Shown piece by piece: positions 27,061 to 39,580 of a stretch of DNA of 64,000 nucleotides; position 1 is the first letter of the stretch; each line of letters opens with the position of its first letter. Source of the DNA: Callorhinchus milii (taxonomy: Eukaryota); the NCBI RefSeq assembly GCF_018977255.1, contig NW_024704752.1, forward strand, positions 7,750,001 through 7,814,000, read 5' to 3'. The notes beneath the pieces were generated by a model, which made no database searches, was not told the DNA's origin, and saw only the letters and a list, made by a program, of their open reading frames with translations. The position numbers and the translations under genes were made by a program.

Positions 27061-27177
27061 CATTGTCACGAAGGCTGTCCCAAATCGCTTCATTTAACTG
27101 TTCCTCTTCAGACAGGCCTCTTGAGTAGTCATTTTCGTATGGACCATAGTTATCAGCAGTCCTGTAACCAGCATACC
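27061..27177 (-). CDS. RHBDD1: RHBDD1 coding exon 5 (ubiquitin-interacting motif)
   Basis: ctgcag| ... AATG|gtaagc; 117 nt; GYAGYRTADNYGPYENDYSRGLSEEEQLNEAIWDSLRDN contains the UIM (LSEEEQL..A...SL). Confidence 0.92.
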
Positions 27178-28498
27178 CTGCAGTTCACAGAAACAGAATT
27201 TTTGTTGAGTATTATCTAGAGCAGGAAGTTGGACTTTTATTTACCGGCATCTATTCGAAAGAGAAGGACGTTTCTCCTATATTGAGTCCTGAACAATGAT
27301 TCCCCCAAATAACATTGGTTGTTTCATGGCTGTTTGTTGGACATTGCTGGGTGCAATTTGGTTGCTGCGTTGGCCCCCAAAATACAGTGACTCTTCACAG
27401 TATATCCTGTAAGTTCTTAGAGATGTCCTCCCGACTCGAAAAGCACTGTATCAAATGTAGGAATTATTATTCCTCAAGTGAGCTACTTAACTCATTGCCA
27501 TTTGTAGGGATGTGGATTAGCTGCAACTTTTGCCTAATTAACGACAATCGGTACATTTCAAAGTAACTCATTGTGTGAAACTCTCAGAAACTATTCACTG
27601 TGGTCAGGTATTGCAGTATATCAAATGCAAGTATGATTTCTAATTTATAAATGAAGATTGTGGAACTTCAATTCATATGGAATAAAAACCACATAAAATT
27701 TTTAAACCTTTGATTTGTGATTCGATTGGCTTGCCTTCACTAAAAATTTTAGTCTATCAAAGCCTTTTGTAGATTTTTTTTACATTATTCATAGTGTTTG
27801 CACTTTAGTAGCTTCTCATTGCTCTCCATTCCCTAGAGATTCTACAAAGTTCTAATACAATAAGATAATGAATGACCTATGACTACAGTCGGTCATCTAG
27901 GGAATTGCACTGATTGACAGGAAGTTATAATTCTCAGTGTGCGATTCACTTTATATTACATTTCGTTTGACACAATTTCTGACTTGGACTGACTGAAACC
28001 CCATGATAGGCTAATCTAGTTCTGTGCAACGATCAGTGAGGCGATACTTTGCTCATTATCTGAGGTACCCTCACAGCTTTCTTATTCTCTTTCACCTCCC
28101 CCTATAAAATGCCTTCCTACTATTTACTCCTCACAGAGAAACTGTATAATTTCTGCACTGTGTCTACTTTCTACACCTTTACTAAATATATTGTATTATG
28201 CTGATTACAGAAAAATGCAAAAAACAAATAATATTCCATCAGACAAAATGATGGGAAAAATAATGTAATTTCTGATTTGCAGTACGCCAATGGGCGTCTG
28301 CTTTTCAACGGCATGTGTTCACAATGGCCAGTTTTCAATGCGACGGGTATAGTAGCACATGAATTTTAAGGGCGATGGTTCAAATAATGAGTTTGCGATC
28401 TCAGCCAATGGAGACGAGCAACTAAGAGATGTTAATTTGCGTATTCCACCCCACTTCCTAGTTAGGAAATCAAGTATGGTATTGAGTCGCAAACTAAC

Positions 28499-28552
28499 CT
28501 TGGCCCCTGTAGTAGACTTGACTTCTAGCATAATCGTGTGTTGAAAATATAC
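28499..28552 (-). CDS. RHBDD1: RHBDD1 coding exon 4 (short linker exon)
   Basis: tttgacag| ... CAAG|gttagt; 54 nt, phase 1-1; GIFSTHDYARSQVYYRGQ, comparable to the short human exon GFSSSVGYPGRQYYFNSSG. Confidence 0.75.
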
Positions 28553-29407
28553 CTGTCAAATAATGAAGATGAATTAATGTTCAATCAAGGTTACTGGATA
28601 TGTTGTGCAAGTCATATCCTCAGAATACAATATGATACAATATGATACGATATGCTAATAACTAGCCAAAGAATCATCCTGCAATTATGTTTTGCTTGTG
28701 AAATTCCAACCTTCCTCGTGGTTGAAATAAAATCAGAGGAAACATGCCCCATGTCTCAAGGTCAGCAAAAAGTTCTAGTTGGCAGTCCAGGAACCAATCT
28801 GTTCTTACTGGAAACTCAAGCAACTAATTGCAAGGTGGGTGGAAGGAGTCATAATAGAGTTCGTTATGACGTGATAGTTCAGGCTCCATAAAATCCCAAC
28901 CAGTGTTACAGTGGAGCAAAATTGTCATGCAGGAAGTGATATCGGCAGCACCCCAATAACCTGGCCATTTTGGCTTCCCGTACACTGGCCAGAGTTTTAA
29001 GCGCTGGTGGAGCGGACTTTATATTTTTTTAGCTACATAAATGTCAGAGAACACACCCCAATCAAGTGAACCTGCATTATAACAACATCAGTTATACCTG
29101 GATTCTACCATAGTACATAATTTGATATTTAGGAAAGGAAAATATGACTATTAGTCAATCACAGAAACCTGATTATTAAAAAAAATTGTTAATTGTAAAA
29201 TAATCAATCCCTTTCACCTTTACAAATGACAGGCCAAAAATTCTGTGGAAATTTCTTCCCAACCGCATACTGTAATGCCATTTTTCGATGGATCACAGGC
29301 ACGGTGCTGGATGATCTAAGATTACTGCGACTGCACATTGATTAATTAGCTGGAGAGTCAAATTACAATTTGGAAAGTGAAAACTAAATTCTGATGTTGA
29401 AACCTAC

Positions 29408-29496
29408 CTCCAACAAGTTTCATCAAGTACCTCAAGGGTCCTTTGGTATACATGATCCCAACAATAATGCCTGCTAGATGACCAACAAAAGAAGTC
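29408..29496 (-). CDS. RHBDD1: RHBDD1 coding exon 3 (catalytic His)
   Basis: ttatcag| ... GGAG|gtaggt; 89 nt; TSFVGHLAGIIVGIMYTKGPLRYLMKLVG. Confidence 0.95.
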
Positions 29497-30477
29497 CTGA
29501 TAAAGACAAAGAGGTTAAAAAAAAGTTTTTCAGCAATTGACTCTGGTTGAACACCGCCTGTACTGTCATTATTCTGACAATCCCAATTCCTTATTATGGC
29601 AGCATTATTGAATGTTTCTGCCCCTTGGATATATCCCCATGGGTATTTCTAACGCAAGGTTACAAAAAACACAATAAAAAAAGATAAAACCTGAAATACC
29701 AGTTACAAGAACAACCAAACTGGTTTCTTTCTCCTTTAAAGTGAATCCTGAAAAGAGACAATATTCATGCTTGTCTGGAACTGACACATCTACTATTAAC
29801 AGGCCTGCAGATTTGTCACTGCATATTTTTTTTAATCAATATTCACAGCAGTCATGGCAAATATAAGTCATGCTTTTAGGAGGAAATGTTGTGTAAAGTC
29901 ACGGGTATGAAAATTCAACTATATCTCTTTAAATACAATATTCATAAATCCCTCCTATAAATACAGAGTAAAGCCAAATGCTTTTTATTTGGTCTTACAA
30001 ACTGAACTGAAGTGGCACATTTTTAGATATAGAACCAGAGAAAGTAGTTTCTAGTGCGATATAATTTTTTTTAAAGTAGATTTTGTCACAAGACGTTGTA
30101 CATGGAAAGTTAGTTAGGTAATCAAATTGTTGGTGGTACTTTAATACAACTTGTGTTACCGCTGCCTTGACACGTTGAACCTTTAAGTTAACTTGCACTA
30201 CGAGTACTGAATGTAGTCTTGAAGTAACAAAGATTTTTTCTTAATTTAGGGTGCTTAAAATCAGTATTTAAAATCAGTCTCCTGATAAATAATAAATAAT
30301 CCTTACATTTGATGCAGCTTCTTAGCACTTCAAAACTTGTCAAAACCCTTCACACAATGAATTACTTTAGCGATGCTATTCTGTTAGCAAACGTAGACCT
30401 CCAATTCGTTGGGTTGATAATCCGCACAAGCAATATCTCACAAACAGAAATTCACTGTGCTACAGACTGATACTTAC

Positions 30478-30610
30478 CCTGGAGAAATCAAATGGATCAG
30501 TACTAGCTCAATCCAACAGGCATACTGGCTCGCTATAGGAACACCCATGATGTAGCTGATGTCCCAAGGATCGTAATAGTTGTTCACTACTTTCAGAGCA
30601 AACAAAACAC
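30478..30610 (-). CDS. RHBDD1: RHBDD1 coding exon 2
   Basis: cttcag| ... CCAGG|gtaagt; 133 nt; GVLFALKVVNNYYDPWDISYIMGVPIASQYACWIELVLIHLISPG. Confidence 0.95.
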
Positions 30611-30699
30611 CTGAAGCAAGAAATAAAACAGTATTGATTTAAAGATGGTCAATGTTTTCTTCCATCGTTATGCAAATGTACAGTACTTTAAACATCACA

Positions 30700-30950
30700 G
30701 GGCAAATAGTTAATGTAGTTGTCTACATTGCACGTCCTAGTCCCAGAGGCCAAGTCATTAGTCAGTTTCTCTGCCATTGCTTAAAAACATTTCTGGGATT
30801 TATTGGCCAGGTACTGGGAGAAACTCCCTTTACTTTTTGAATAGTGCCATGAGATCTTCAGCAGGCAGAGTGTATCAGTTTGACATCTCATCCAGACGGC
30901 ACCTCCAACAATTCGGTGCTCCCTCAGCACTGCATTGGAACGTCAGCTTA
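30700..30950 (-). mobile_element. Old Deu-domain SINE remnant in RHBDD1 intron
   Basis: aatagtgccatgagatct...acatctcatccagacggcacctcc...ctccctcagcactgcattgga resembles the reverse-complemented Deu core as recalled; related to the 39165 element. Confidence 0.6.
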
Positions 30951-31083
30951 TTCTCCAAGAAAGCACATAATTTGCCTAGGCACGCATGCCTGAACAAGGT
31001 GGGACAGTGTTCCGTGTATGGTGTCATCATTTACTTTGATAAGCACAAATATTCACTCCAAAATAAGAAAGTAATGTTGGTAC

Positions 31084-31516
31084 CTGAGAAACCCACTGAA
31101 CACTGCAATGTGTAGGAACTGTCTTTTGTCAGTTCCACCAGGACGGTCTCCAGCAATAAGTAAGTTAGCCCAGTCACTACTGAGAAAACCAACAGCATAT
31201 AAGCAAACCAGTTGCTGCCAAGCTTCCTCTCCAGCTTCAACCCCTTCCACAGCATGGAAACCATGTTGAAATATAGATGCCAGTCATCTGCATGGTGAAA
31301 TGGTGAATAAAAAAGACGGCTCCAATCCTGTTTATACCACGTATTGTGCAAGCTGATGCAGGTCCCCAGTAATGGCTTCATTGGGGATAAGAATAAGAAG
31401 ATATTCAGCCCCAATGTTAGCAAGGTAACAGGTGGAACATTTTCAATTCCCACGCGGAATATCTCAGTTGCTAGGAGAATAAGTCCCAAATTCAATCCTC
31501 TTTGTCTTGGACGCAT
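31084..31516 (-). CDS. RHBDD1: Rhomboid domain-containing protein 1 (RHBDL4), coding exon 1
   Basis: MRPRQRGLNLGLILL...WSRL..SPFHHADDWHLYFNM...CSVGFSG with catalytic GFSG serine; 433 coding nt; donor TCAG|gtacca; upstream acceptor ttccag places the exon start at 31532. Confidence 0.96.
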
Positions 31517-31769
31517 GATTTATACAGTAAGTCTGGAACAGACAGAATGAGAAGTGGTAAAAAATTGAGCAGGTTAGTTATTGTTATGACCAGCAATGTT
31601 ATTATGGTCTGCAGAAATGTCAAATCTATTTTAAATCACAGAACGTACATTGGAATTTTGGAATTACACAGCACAGCTTAGAATTGTTACTTTTGGTGAA
31701 AAGCTGGTGAAAAGACTATTTCTGCTAGATTTCCCTCTTCAAGCATTGTTTTTTGCTGAAATACAGTTC

Positions 31770-32070
31770 CACATTTATATAGTGCCTTTCATATCAGGAC
31801 GTGTCAAAGCGCCTCACAGTTGAGGACGGTGGGGGAGGTGGAAGGTGACCGAAAGCATTATCAAAACAAACAAGCCTTAAACTGGGCTTTAAAGGTTGGA
31901 AGAAAGGGGATAGAGAGCATGGATGGAAAGATTGAAAGCTCGCCCCACCGATGCTGGGGAGAATCAGGTGAGAGACATGAAGCAGGCTGGCTTTAGCAGA
32001 ACTGAGGGAGCAGCAGGGAGAATACGATTGCAGGAGTTCACAGAAGTTGGGTGAGGATGAGGCCATGGAG
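31770..32070 (-). mobile_element. L2-like 3' fragment
   Basis: catttatatagtgcctttc...aaagcgcc followed by G-rich reverse-complement L2 sequence. Confidence 0.6.
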
Positions 32071-35000
32071 GGATGTGTACATTCATTCTAAAGATAATTA
32101 TTCTCTCCCTTTCTCAACCATTGCTTTCAGTATGTCGTACTCCCAGATATCCACTCTTTCTTATATAAACCATCTAAGCTGCTCGATTAGATTACGATCT
32201 CCACTTCACTACCAAGTACCCAGTATTCCATTATCGAGTTGTTGCCCTGGAGATTTGGAGGACATGAACTTTCGGGGGAGAAAATGAAATCCTGTTTGTG
32301 TAGGATCCTGTTTTCAATGAGAAGACACATGAGAATCCCCCTCCCCCCATTAGTTAGAACAAGGCGGTGATACAGTGATGGAATAATTTCATCAGAATCC
32401 CACTCATGGGCTGACATGACTCACTTAAAAAATAATAGAATGGGTGGAATCATGACAAAAATGCACTTGAGTAGTGTTACAGAACAAGGTTCCTCTCACA
32501 ATTCATTAAGAGGATTGTTAAATCAACATTTGAACAGAGCTCACTTTTTAATTAAAAAAGACAGGCAACTTGCTATATAACTTTCTGGAATGCAATTCAT
32601 CCTTAAGATGTAAACTATGGGACGAGGTCTAAAGTCAACCCGTTTCATTCAGCATGCCTCAGCTGAAAAGCAACAGGGTGAAGATATTGGAAGAATTGTT
32701 CGTTTCCTGCAGAGAATTCCCAAGTCACGCCACCTCCAAAATGTACAAATATTGAGGACACTGGCCAAACTCCCTACATGGGCTAAGCTTGCCATGTGCC
32801 TGCATATTTAGACACCCACTCAAAAATAAATTGAACTTGAAGACAGCCGTTCTATGAATAATAGTCTGCATTCATCTTGAGTTCTGTTCATAATAGCGAT
32901 TTGTGTTAAACATTTGAACAATCTGAGAAATGCACTTAGTATGCATTCACCCCAGTCTTGGAATGGCTGAAATACCTAACCAGTGTCAAATCTGCAGAAT
33001 GCTGCCAATATTACTGCCTACAAGACACTGTACATTTTCCAATGTCCTTGTCAACTGACCTCCACCCCTCCTCTTTTTAAGCAGGATTCAAAACGATTTG
33101 AGGATTAATCTGCACAATGAGTTTTAAAACATTAAAACATTGTAAGGGTTGGGTTATAACATCAGTGTAACCATACAGTATGGTTTAAAAACACATCACT
33201 TTTTTAAAAAAATTTTTTAAACTGGCTTCATGTATTAAATCTACATTTGTTATTCAGATACTCTACGGTTGGTACTTGAGAGGCTAGCTGCTCATAATGT
33301 TCATCATCTCCTCATCTCCCCTCATTATTTTTCCATGATGATTCGCAGACTGTACTGATCCCAGTACAATTGTCTCACTGCTCAATTATGGCTAAGGTAA
33401 TGCACCCTAATAACATCGCCAGTCCCCACCATCCTCAATTGGTAGAATCAGCATGAATTGAGTTTGGAATAAAGGGCAAACTGAAGTCACACTTTAAAAA
33501 CAAATTGCTGAGGGAATAAGGAATTACATTAATGAACCAACTGAGGCATGAATTTCTACACAGAATACCAGTGAATTCTAACACCAGTTTTGAAATATTG
33601 CTACTACAGTATTTTATCCAAAGAGATTAATAAAATTAAGTTCTTGGGTAATTCAGCAGTTGAGCAAATGATTCTAGGTTTGAACCCTGATGGGTTCAGT
33701 TTTTCATCCTCTTGAGGCTGATACAATGTGTACAATTTCTATAAATGAATTGGGTAAAGAATCAGAGTCTCTCCTGGGTTGAATTGTCTCTGAGGCCATA
33801 TTGTTGATTCAACAACTAGTCTGGCTCAGACACACGAGAGTGTAGACGTGTCCTGTGAGCCAATGCCCCTACTTGAACAAGTATAAGTACAAGAAAATAA
33901 TAAAGTAAACATTTATTTCAGTGTTGTGTTCAATGTAGAATAGGATTCTCTCAATAACTTCGTCCCAAATACTAAACTATAAATTAAATCAGAATCTCAC
34001 AAAGGATTAAGAGCCGACTGACAAGATACAATAGGAAATGAATATAAATAATCTCCTCCCCTCACCAAAAAATTGCTTAAAGGTGCAAAAAAATTGTATT
34101 TGTTATACAATTTGTCATACCTGGTTACTCTACTTCGCCAAAGAACACTGTACCCTTCATTGCTATTGTGCATAAATTGCACAAAGCAATAATGCAATCC
34201 TAATTGCTTTTGAATGTATATTGAACTATATTATGACCCTCATTACTGCGGGATATCTACAGCACCTCAAAAGCAAACACAAGTACCTGCACTTTTAAAT
34301 TCAATGAAGTTCTGTGATTGAAAAGAATTGTCTCTAATATGATTTGCTCAAGATGGGTAGCATTACGATCCAATGGAGGTAATTGGCGTGCAGTGGATTA
34401 AAATCTGAAAAACACTGTCATGTGCATTTAGAAAATATAAATCTGCAGAAAACTTTCAAAAGCATTTGAAGGGTCATATCAGAAAAAAATGCCCACTTCC
34501 CTTTCAGAATCTGATTGAGCTGTGTTTTTTGCTTCTTAACTCCTAAGTATAATCCTATGATCCTGCTCACCTCTCTTACATCAGTCTGTGAATTACTCCT
34601 CTTTGAGGTGGAGAGAAAATGTTTTGCTTATGGTCTAGGCAAACTAAGTACTGTTCCTGCAGATTTATAATTGTACTGAAAGGATTCTGTTAAGATTCTG
34701 TGAAAGTGACTAAGCAGCAATAATATGCTGAATCATAGTGCAGACGAGGTTTAAACTAGCTGTACAGACTTCTGTACTGAATGGGCTAGGGATTCTGAAT
34801 AATTAACACTACTGAGTTCACTCCAAGAACACGCTTCCATCAATTTCATTTGAATCTGCATCATGTTCTGAATTATCTGCATTCCTTTACAAACAGATCA
34901 ATTAAATGCTACAGGATACTCAATGTTTTAGATAAGTTGCTACAGATGTCTTCAAGATATTTCTAAGAGGACAGTAATTGAACAGTATTTGCTTACCCCT

Positions 35001-37299
35001 GCAATTACACTGCTCTGGTCTTTCTTTCTCGTTGCTTCTATTTAGACCAATACATCAATATATCCAAGGTATCAAAGTACCACACGAGAACAAAAAATAC
35101 ATTAAATATGCAGGCCCGATATATGGTTTTGCTAGCAGCAAAAAAAACAAGAAAACTATCTAATTCAGCCAAATGGATCAACATTTACAATAATAATCCT
35201 TGCATTTGCTTATAGCACCTTATAGCGCCTTATCACATGAATCAATGGACAACTAACTGGACGTTAACCTTGACATTAACCCCACCATCCAGATAGCAGT
35301 TTCTGGAATGTATTTTCCTTTATTCCCTTCTGTAACATGTATCAGTTGTGTATTGTGCATAGAGATGAACATACTGCTTTTATATTTCAAGTTGGAGGTG
35401 CAGCAGTGAAAGCGAAGCTGCGACATTGTAGCCCAAGTCAATTTGGTTTTGAATACCAGGGCCGAACACTCGCAATGGATAAATAGCTACTGAGGTATTA
35501 GTGGCCTGTGCTTACGGAACATTACGCTACCAGAATCAGCACATTCAGGATAAGGAGAAAATTAGCAAAACAAATTAGAAATGATGCCCTGCATCAGAGA
35601 TTGTTATATTGTAGGATAATCTGCTGTTTTAGTGACTGGGAACTTTTAGAGAACGCTGCCAACTGTACCCAAATTCCCAGAGTCAATAATACCTCCTTTC
35701 ACGTGAAATGTTTTACTCTATAAAATTGCAACACATTTTCATTGGAGTTCTGCACAGCTCATTCAACGACTCTGTGTGTAAACTGACCAACCGTATTAAC
35801 AAAAGATCCAATCCAATTACCCAGTTAACAGTGATAGACAAGGGTATGACATTATTACAGATGCAGCTAAAATTATTGCTGCAAGGTAATCAAATCTACA
35901 TTCACGATGATTTTTAAAAAATTATTTTATTTGGATCGTCTCCCTGCTAGTAATTAAAGTCAAAATCATTCAATTTGCTGGATTCCTACATCGATTCTCT
36001 CAAACAGGTAACAGATAGAAGTAGACACTCCCTAGAAAGAGCTTGGAATAGACAATGTATTCCTCACGTTGAGAGAGTATCAAATAGCTCACCAAAGCCA
36101 TGAGTTGGAATTAACAGTAGGATACCTCACAGCTAAGATAAATTTCCGCAAGCATTCAATTGAAATGCAAAAATGTTGATAGAATACCACTGGAGACTAA
36201 TTTTTATTTTACTCAACAAATGTTAAAGTGCAGTACAATACATCATTAATACAATTCTGTTTGAACAGAGGGACACAACCAGATATTCATATTGTGCCAC
36301 GTTCACCCACCTCCACATTGTAATCAATCATGAAAATCTTTCCACCTTAATACTTAAATGACCTATGCCCCCATATCTCTTCTTTCCTCTACCAGGGCCT
36401 TCTTCCCCTCAGACACAAACCTGCACTTCAACAAAACAGCAGACCTATGTCTTCACTGTCCTCCGTACAGGTCATTGTCCCTTATACACATATGCACACA
36501 GTTGGGGGAGGGTGGAGGAAAGAGGAAGGACAGTGACAAATGACAATGGCACTGACATCATATGACTGACATGATAATAGGCAAAGGCATTATGATACAC
36601 AAATCTGCAGCATCATGTGACAGGAGCAGGTAAGAAATTCTTTTCAATTTGTTACAAGGAAATAATTATTTTCCCCCCCATGTTTTTTTCTTCACTCACT
36701 CCCTCTCCTGAAGGCTATCGACTCCTTCTTCTCCCAACAACTATTTTCTTCCACTGGAGTAGTTAGTAGCAATTTGACCCCGGGTAACATGAATTTTAGC
36801 CAAGTTCAATTCTGTCCCACTGGACACCATTTATACTTGCATCTTCTACTACAAGGTCTCTGAAACTGATTATAATGCCCTAACGGCTGCTGCTTAAGTC
36901 AGCACACGACCTGCAAACTTCCAGTCAGTATGCCCTTTACCCAGCAGACGACCAGAAGAAAGGTGACAAGAAAACTTAGTAACATTAAAGCAAATTTATT
37001 TTAATGGGACAGAAATCAAAAATTGTAAAAAAAAAACGATCCAAGGAAAATGGGAGTTTAGACCAGATCCAGATCAACACATGATCTGCTTGTGTAGGAT
37101 ATAGTTACATGACACCAGTGGTAGTGAGGAATGGGCAGCAGGAAAAAGGGGCAATTTTATCAGCTCCTGCCCCACAAAAGCCTTGACAGTCATATAGCAC
37201 TGGTGGGGCAGGGGCCAGTTACATGGCACCTGGAGGGGAAGGAGACCATCACATTGTACCAGGGGGGAGGGGGTTCATTCACATGGGGGGCAGTATGTG

Positions 37300-38365
37300 G
37301 GAGGTGATAGTCACATGGTGGGCAGTGGGTGGGTGGCAGTCACATGGTGGGCAATGGGTGGGTGGCAGTCACATGGTGGGCAGTGGGTGGGTGGCAGTCA
37401 CATGGTGGGCAGTGGGTGGGTGGCAGTCACATGGTGGGCAGTGGGGTGGGTGGCAGTCACATGGTGGGCAGTGGGTGGGTGGTAGTCACATGGTGGGCAG
37501 TGGGTGGGTGGGTGGCAGTCACGTGGTGGGCAGTGGGTGGTGGGTGGCAGTCACGTGGTGGGCAGTGGGTGGGTGGCAGTCACGTGGTGGGCAGTGGGTG
37601 GGTGGGGTGGCAGTCACGTGGTGGGCAGTGGGTGGGTGGGTGGCAGTCACGTGGTGGGCAGTGGGTGGGTGGGTGGCAGTCACGTGGTGGGCAGTGGGTG
37701 GGTGGCAGTCACATGGTGGGCAGTGGGTGGGTGACAGTCACGTGGTGGGCGGTGGGTGGGTGGCAGTCACATGGTGGGCAGTGGGTGGGTGGCAGTCACG
37801 TGGTGGGCAGTGGGTGGGTGGGTGGCAGTCACGTGGTGGGCAGTGGGTGGGTGGCAGTCACATGGTGGGCAGTGGGTGGGTAGTGGGTGGCAGTCACATG
37901 GTGGGCAGTGGGTGGGTGGCAGTCACGTGGTGGGCAGTGGGTGGGTGACAGTCACGTGGTGGGCAGTGGGTGGGTGACAGTCACATGGTGGGCAGTGGGT
38001 GGGTGGCAGTCACGTGGTGGGCAGTGGGTGGGTGGGTGGCAGTCACGTGGTGGGCAGTGGGTGGGTGGCAGTCACATGGTGGGCAGTGGTGGGTAGTGGG
38101 TGGCAGTCACATGGTGGGCAGTGGGTGGGTGGCAGTCACGTGGTGGGCAGTGGGTGGGTGGCAGTCACATGGTGGGCAGTGGGTGGGTGGCAGTCACATG
38201 GTGGGCAGTGGGTGGGTGGTGGGCAGTGGGTGGGTGGGTGGCAGTCACGTGGTGGGCAGTGGGTGGGTGACAGTCACGTGGTGGGCAGTGGGTGGGTGGC
38301 AGTCACGTGGTGGGCAGTGGGTAGGTGGCAGTCACGTGGTGGGCAGTGGGTGGGTAGTGGGTGGG
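37300..38365 (+). repeat. G-rich minisatellite, 29-bp unit GGCAGTCAC(A/G)TGGTGGGCAGTGGGTGGGT, ~34 copies
   Basis: Directly visible tandem array with +GGGT length variants; lies in RHBDD1 intron 1 beside the promoter. Confidence 0.97.
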
Positions 38366-38399
38366 GGAGGGGGGCGGCGACAGGCGCTGTAAGGCATCA

Positions 38400-38680
38400 A
38401 ACTAGAATCATTTAACGCCATGGAGCGGCAGCCACATTCCCGCGGTGCGGTGCAGTGCGGTGCAGTGCGGTGCAGGCCCGGCCCGGCCCGGCCCGGCGCG
38501 GCCTCCTCTCACCTCCCGACCCGAGTGGCCATTTACGGTTTAAACTTACCGTGTCCGACTGCTAACTCCTTCCGCCCCGCGCTCCAACCGCGGGACAAAG
38601 GTTCCGGCCTGGAAACCCAAAGGTTCCTCTCTCTCTGGTTGGCTGGTGCTCGTTACATCTCACCAGAGAAAAACATCATG
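38400..38680 (-). promoter_or_regulatory. RHBDD1: Small CpG island: probable RHBDD1 promoter and non-coding exon 1
   Basis: Only CpG-rich patch between the RHBDD1 coding exons and the IRS1 island. Minus-strand donors CG|gtaagt (exon end 38550) and GAG|gtgaga (exon end 38513); adjacent ETS (GGAA) and GC-box at ~38568-38580; YY1-like GCCATTT at ~38528. Confidence 0.7.
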
Positions 38681-38684
38681 TGGC

Positions 38685-38955
38685 TGGGGGTGGAGTTAGG
38701 GGTTGGGTGGGGGTGAGGGGGAGGGGGTTGGGTGGGGTGGAGTTAGGGGTTGGGTGGGGGTGGAGTTAGGGGTTGGGTGGGGGTGGAGTTAGGGGTTGGG
38801 TGGGGGTAAGGGGGGGGGTGGGTTGGGGGTGGAGTTAGGGGTGGGTGGGGGTAAGGGAGGGGTTGGGTGGGGGTGGAGTTAGGGGTTGGGTGGGGGTAAG
38901 GGGAGGGGGTGGGTGGGAGTGGAGTTAGGGTTTGGGTGGGGGTGAGGGGAGGAGT
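38685..38955 (+). repeat. G-rich minisatellite, ~23-bp unit GGGGTGGAGTTAGGGGTTGGGTG
   Basis: Directly visible tandem array of roughly 11-12 variable units. Confidence 0.92.
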
Positions 38956-39164
38956 TCACATCAGCTTTTAAAAGAAAGGAAGGCAGTGGAAGCTGCTTTG
39001 GGATATGTCATTATTTCAATAAGGTTACAGCCTTCATTCAGAAATTGCATCATATAAGAGCAGCAACAACAACAACAACCAGGGAGAGTGGGTGGGGACT
39101 GTATGTAGGGACAGTGGAAGTGGGCAGTTTTTAGGCTTCTTTTGAAGGCAAATGGGGAGGGAGT

Positions 39165-39580
39165 TAATAATCCTTGCATTCAATATAGTGCCTTATCACG
39201 TGGTTGAGACATCTGAAGCGCTTCACAGGATACACTGTACTGTGAAATGAATGGAAAAGAATCTGTATTTTGTGGACAAAACGCAGCAGCCAGTTGCGCA
39301 CAGCACTGTCCCACAAACAACCATGGAATGAGTGATCAATTTTATTTGTGGGATTGTTGGCCAGGACACAGGGACACCAGAACACCATTCTCTTTGCGAA
39401 TAGTGCCTTGGGATTTTTAACATCCGCTTGAACAGGCAAAGGGACCTTGGTTTAACATTTCAACCAAAGGTCAGCACCTGTGACAATGAGTGACCCCCCA
39501 GTACTATATTGAACTGTCAGACTACGTGATTCCAAGTCCTGATGTGGGGCTTGAACCCATAGCCTCCTGACTCAGAGACA
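39165..39580 (-). mobile_element. Older DeuSINE/AmnSINE-like element
   Basis: Same 3' tail, plus central aatagtgccttgggatttttaacatcc...tttaacatttca segment and tRNA-like head (tctgagtcag...gggttcaagcccc on -). Confidence 0.7.

Noticed and set aside
37300-38365. CRISPR-like regular array
   Set aside because: Units are contiguous with no unique spacers, there are no cas genes, and the context is vertebrate.
37223-38415. Multiple long overlapping ORFs (WWAVGGWQSHGGQWVGGSH...)
   Set aside because: By-products of a stop-free 29-bp minisatellite; the unit length is not a multiple of three and the frames interchange.
38685-38955. Interstitial telomeric repeat
   Set aside because: TTAGGG occurs once per ~23-bp unit, never as tandem hexamers.
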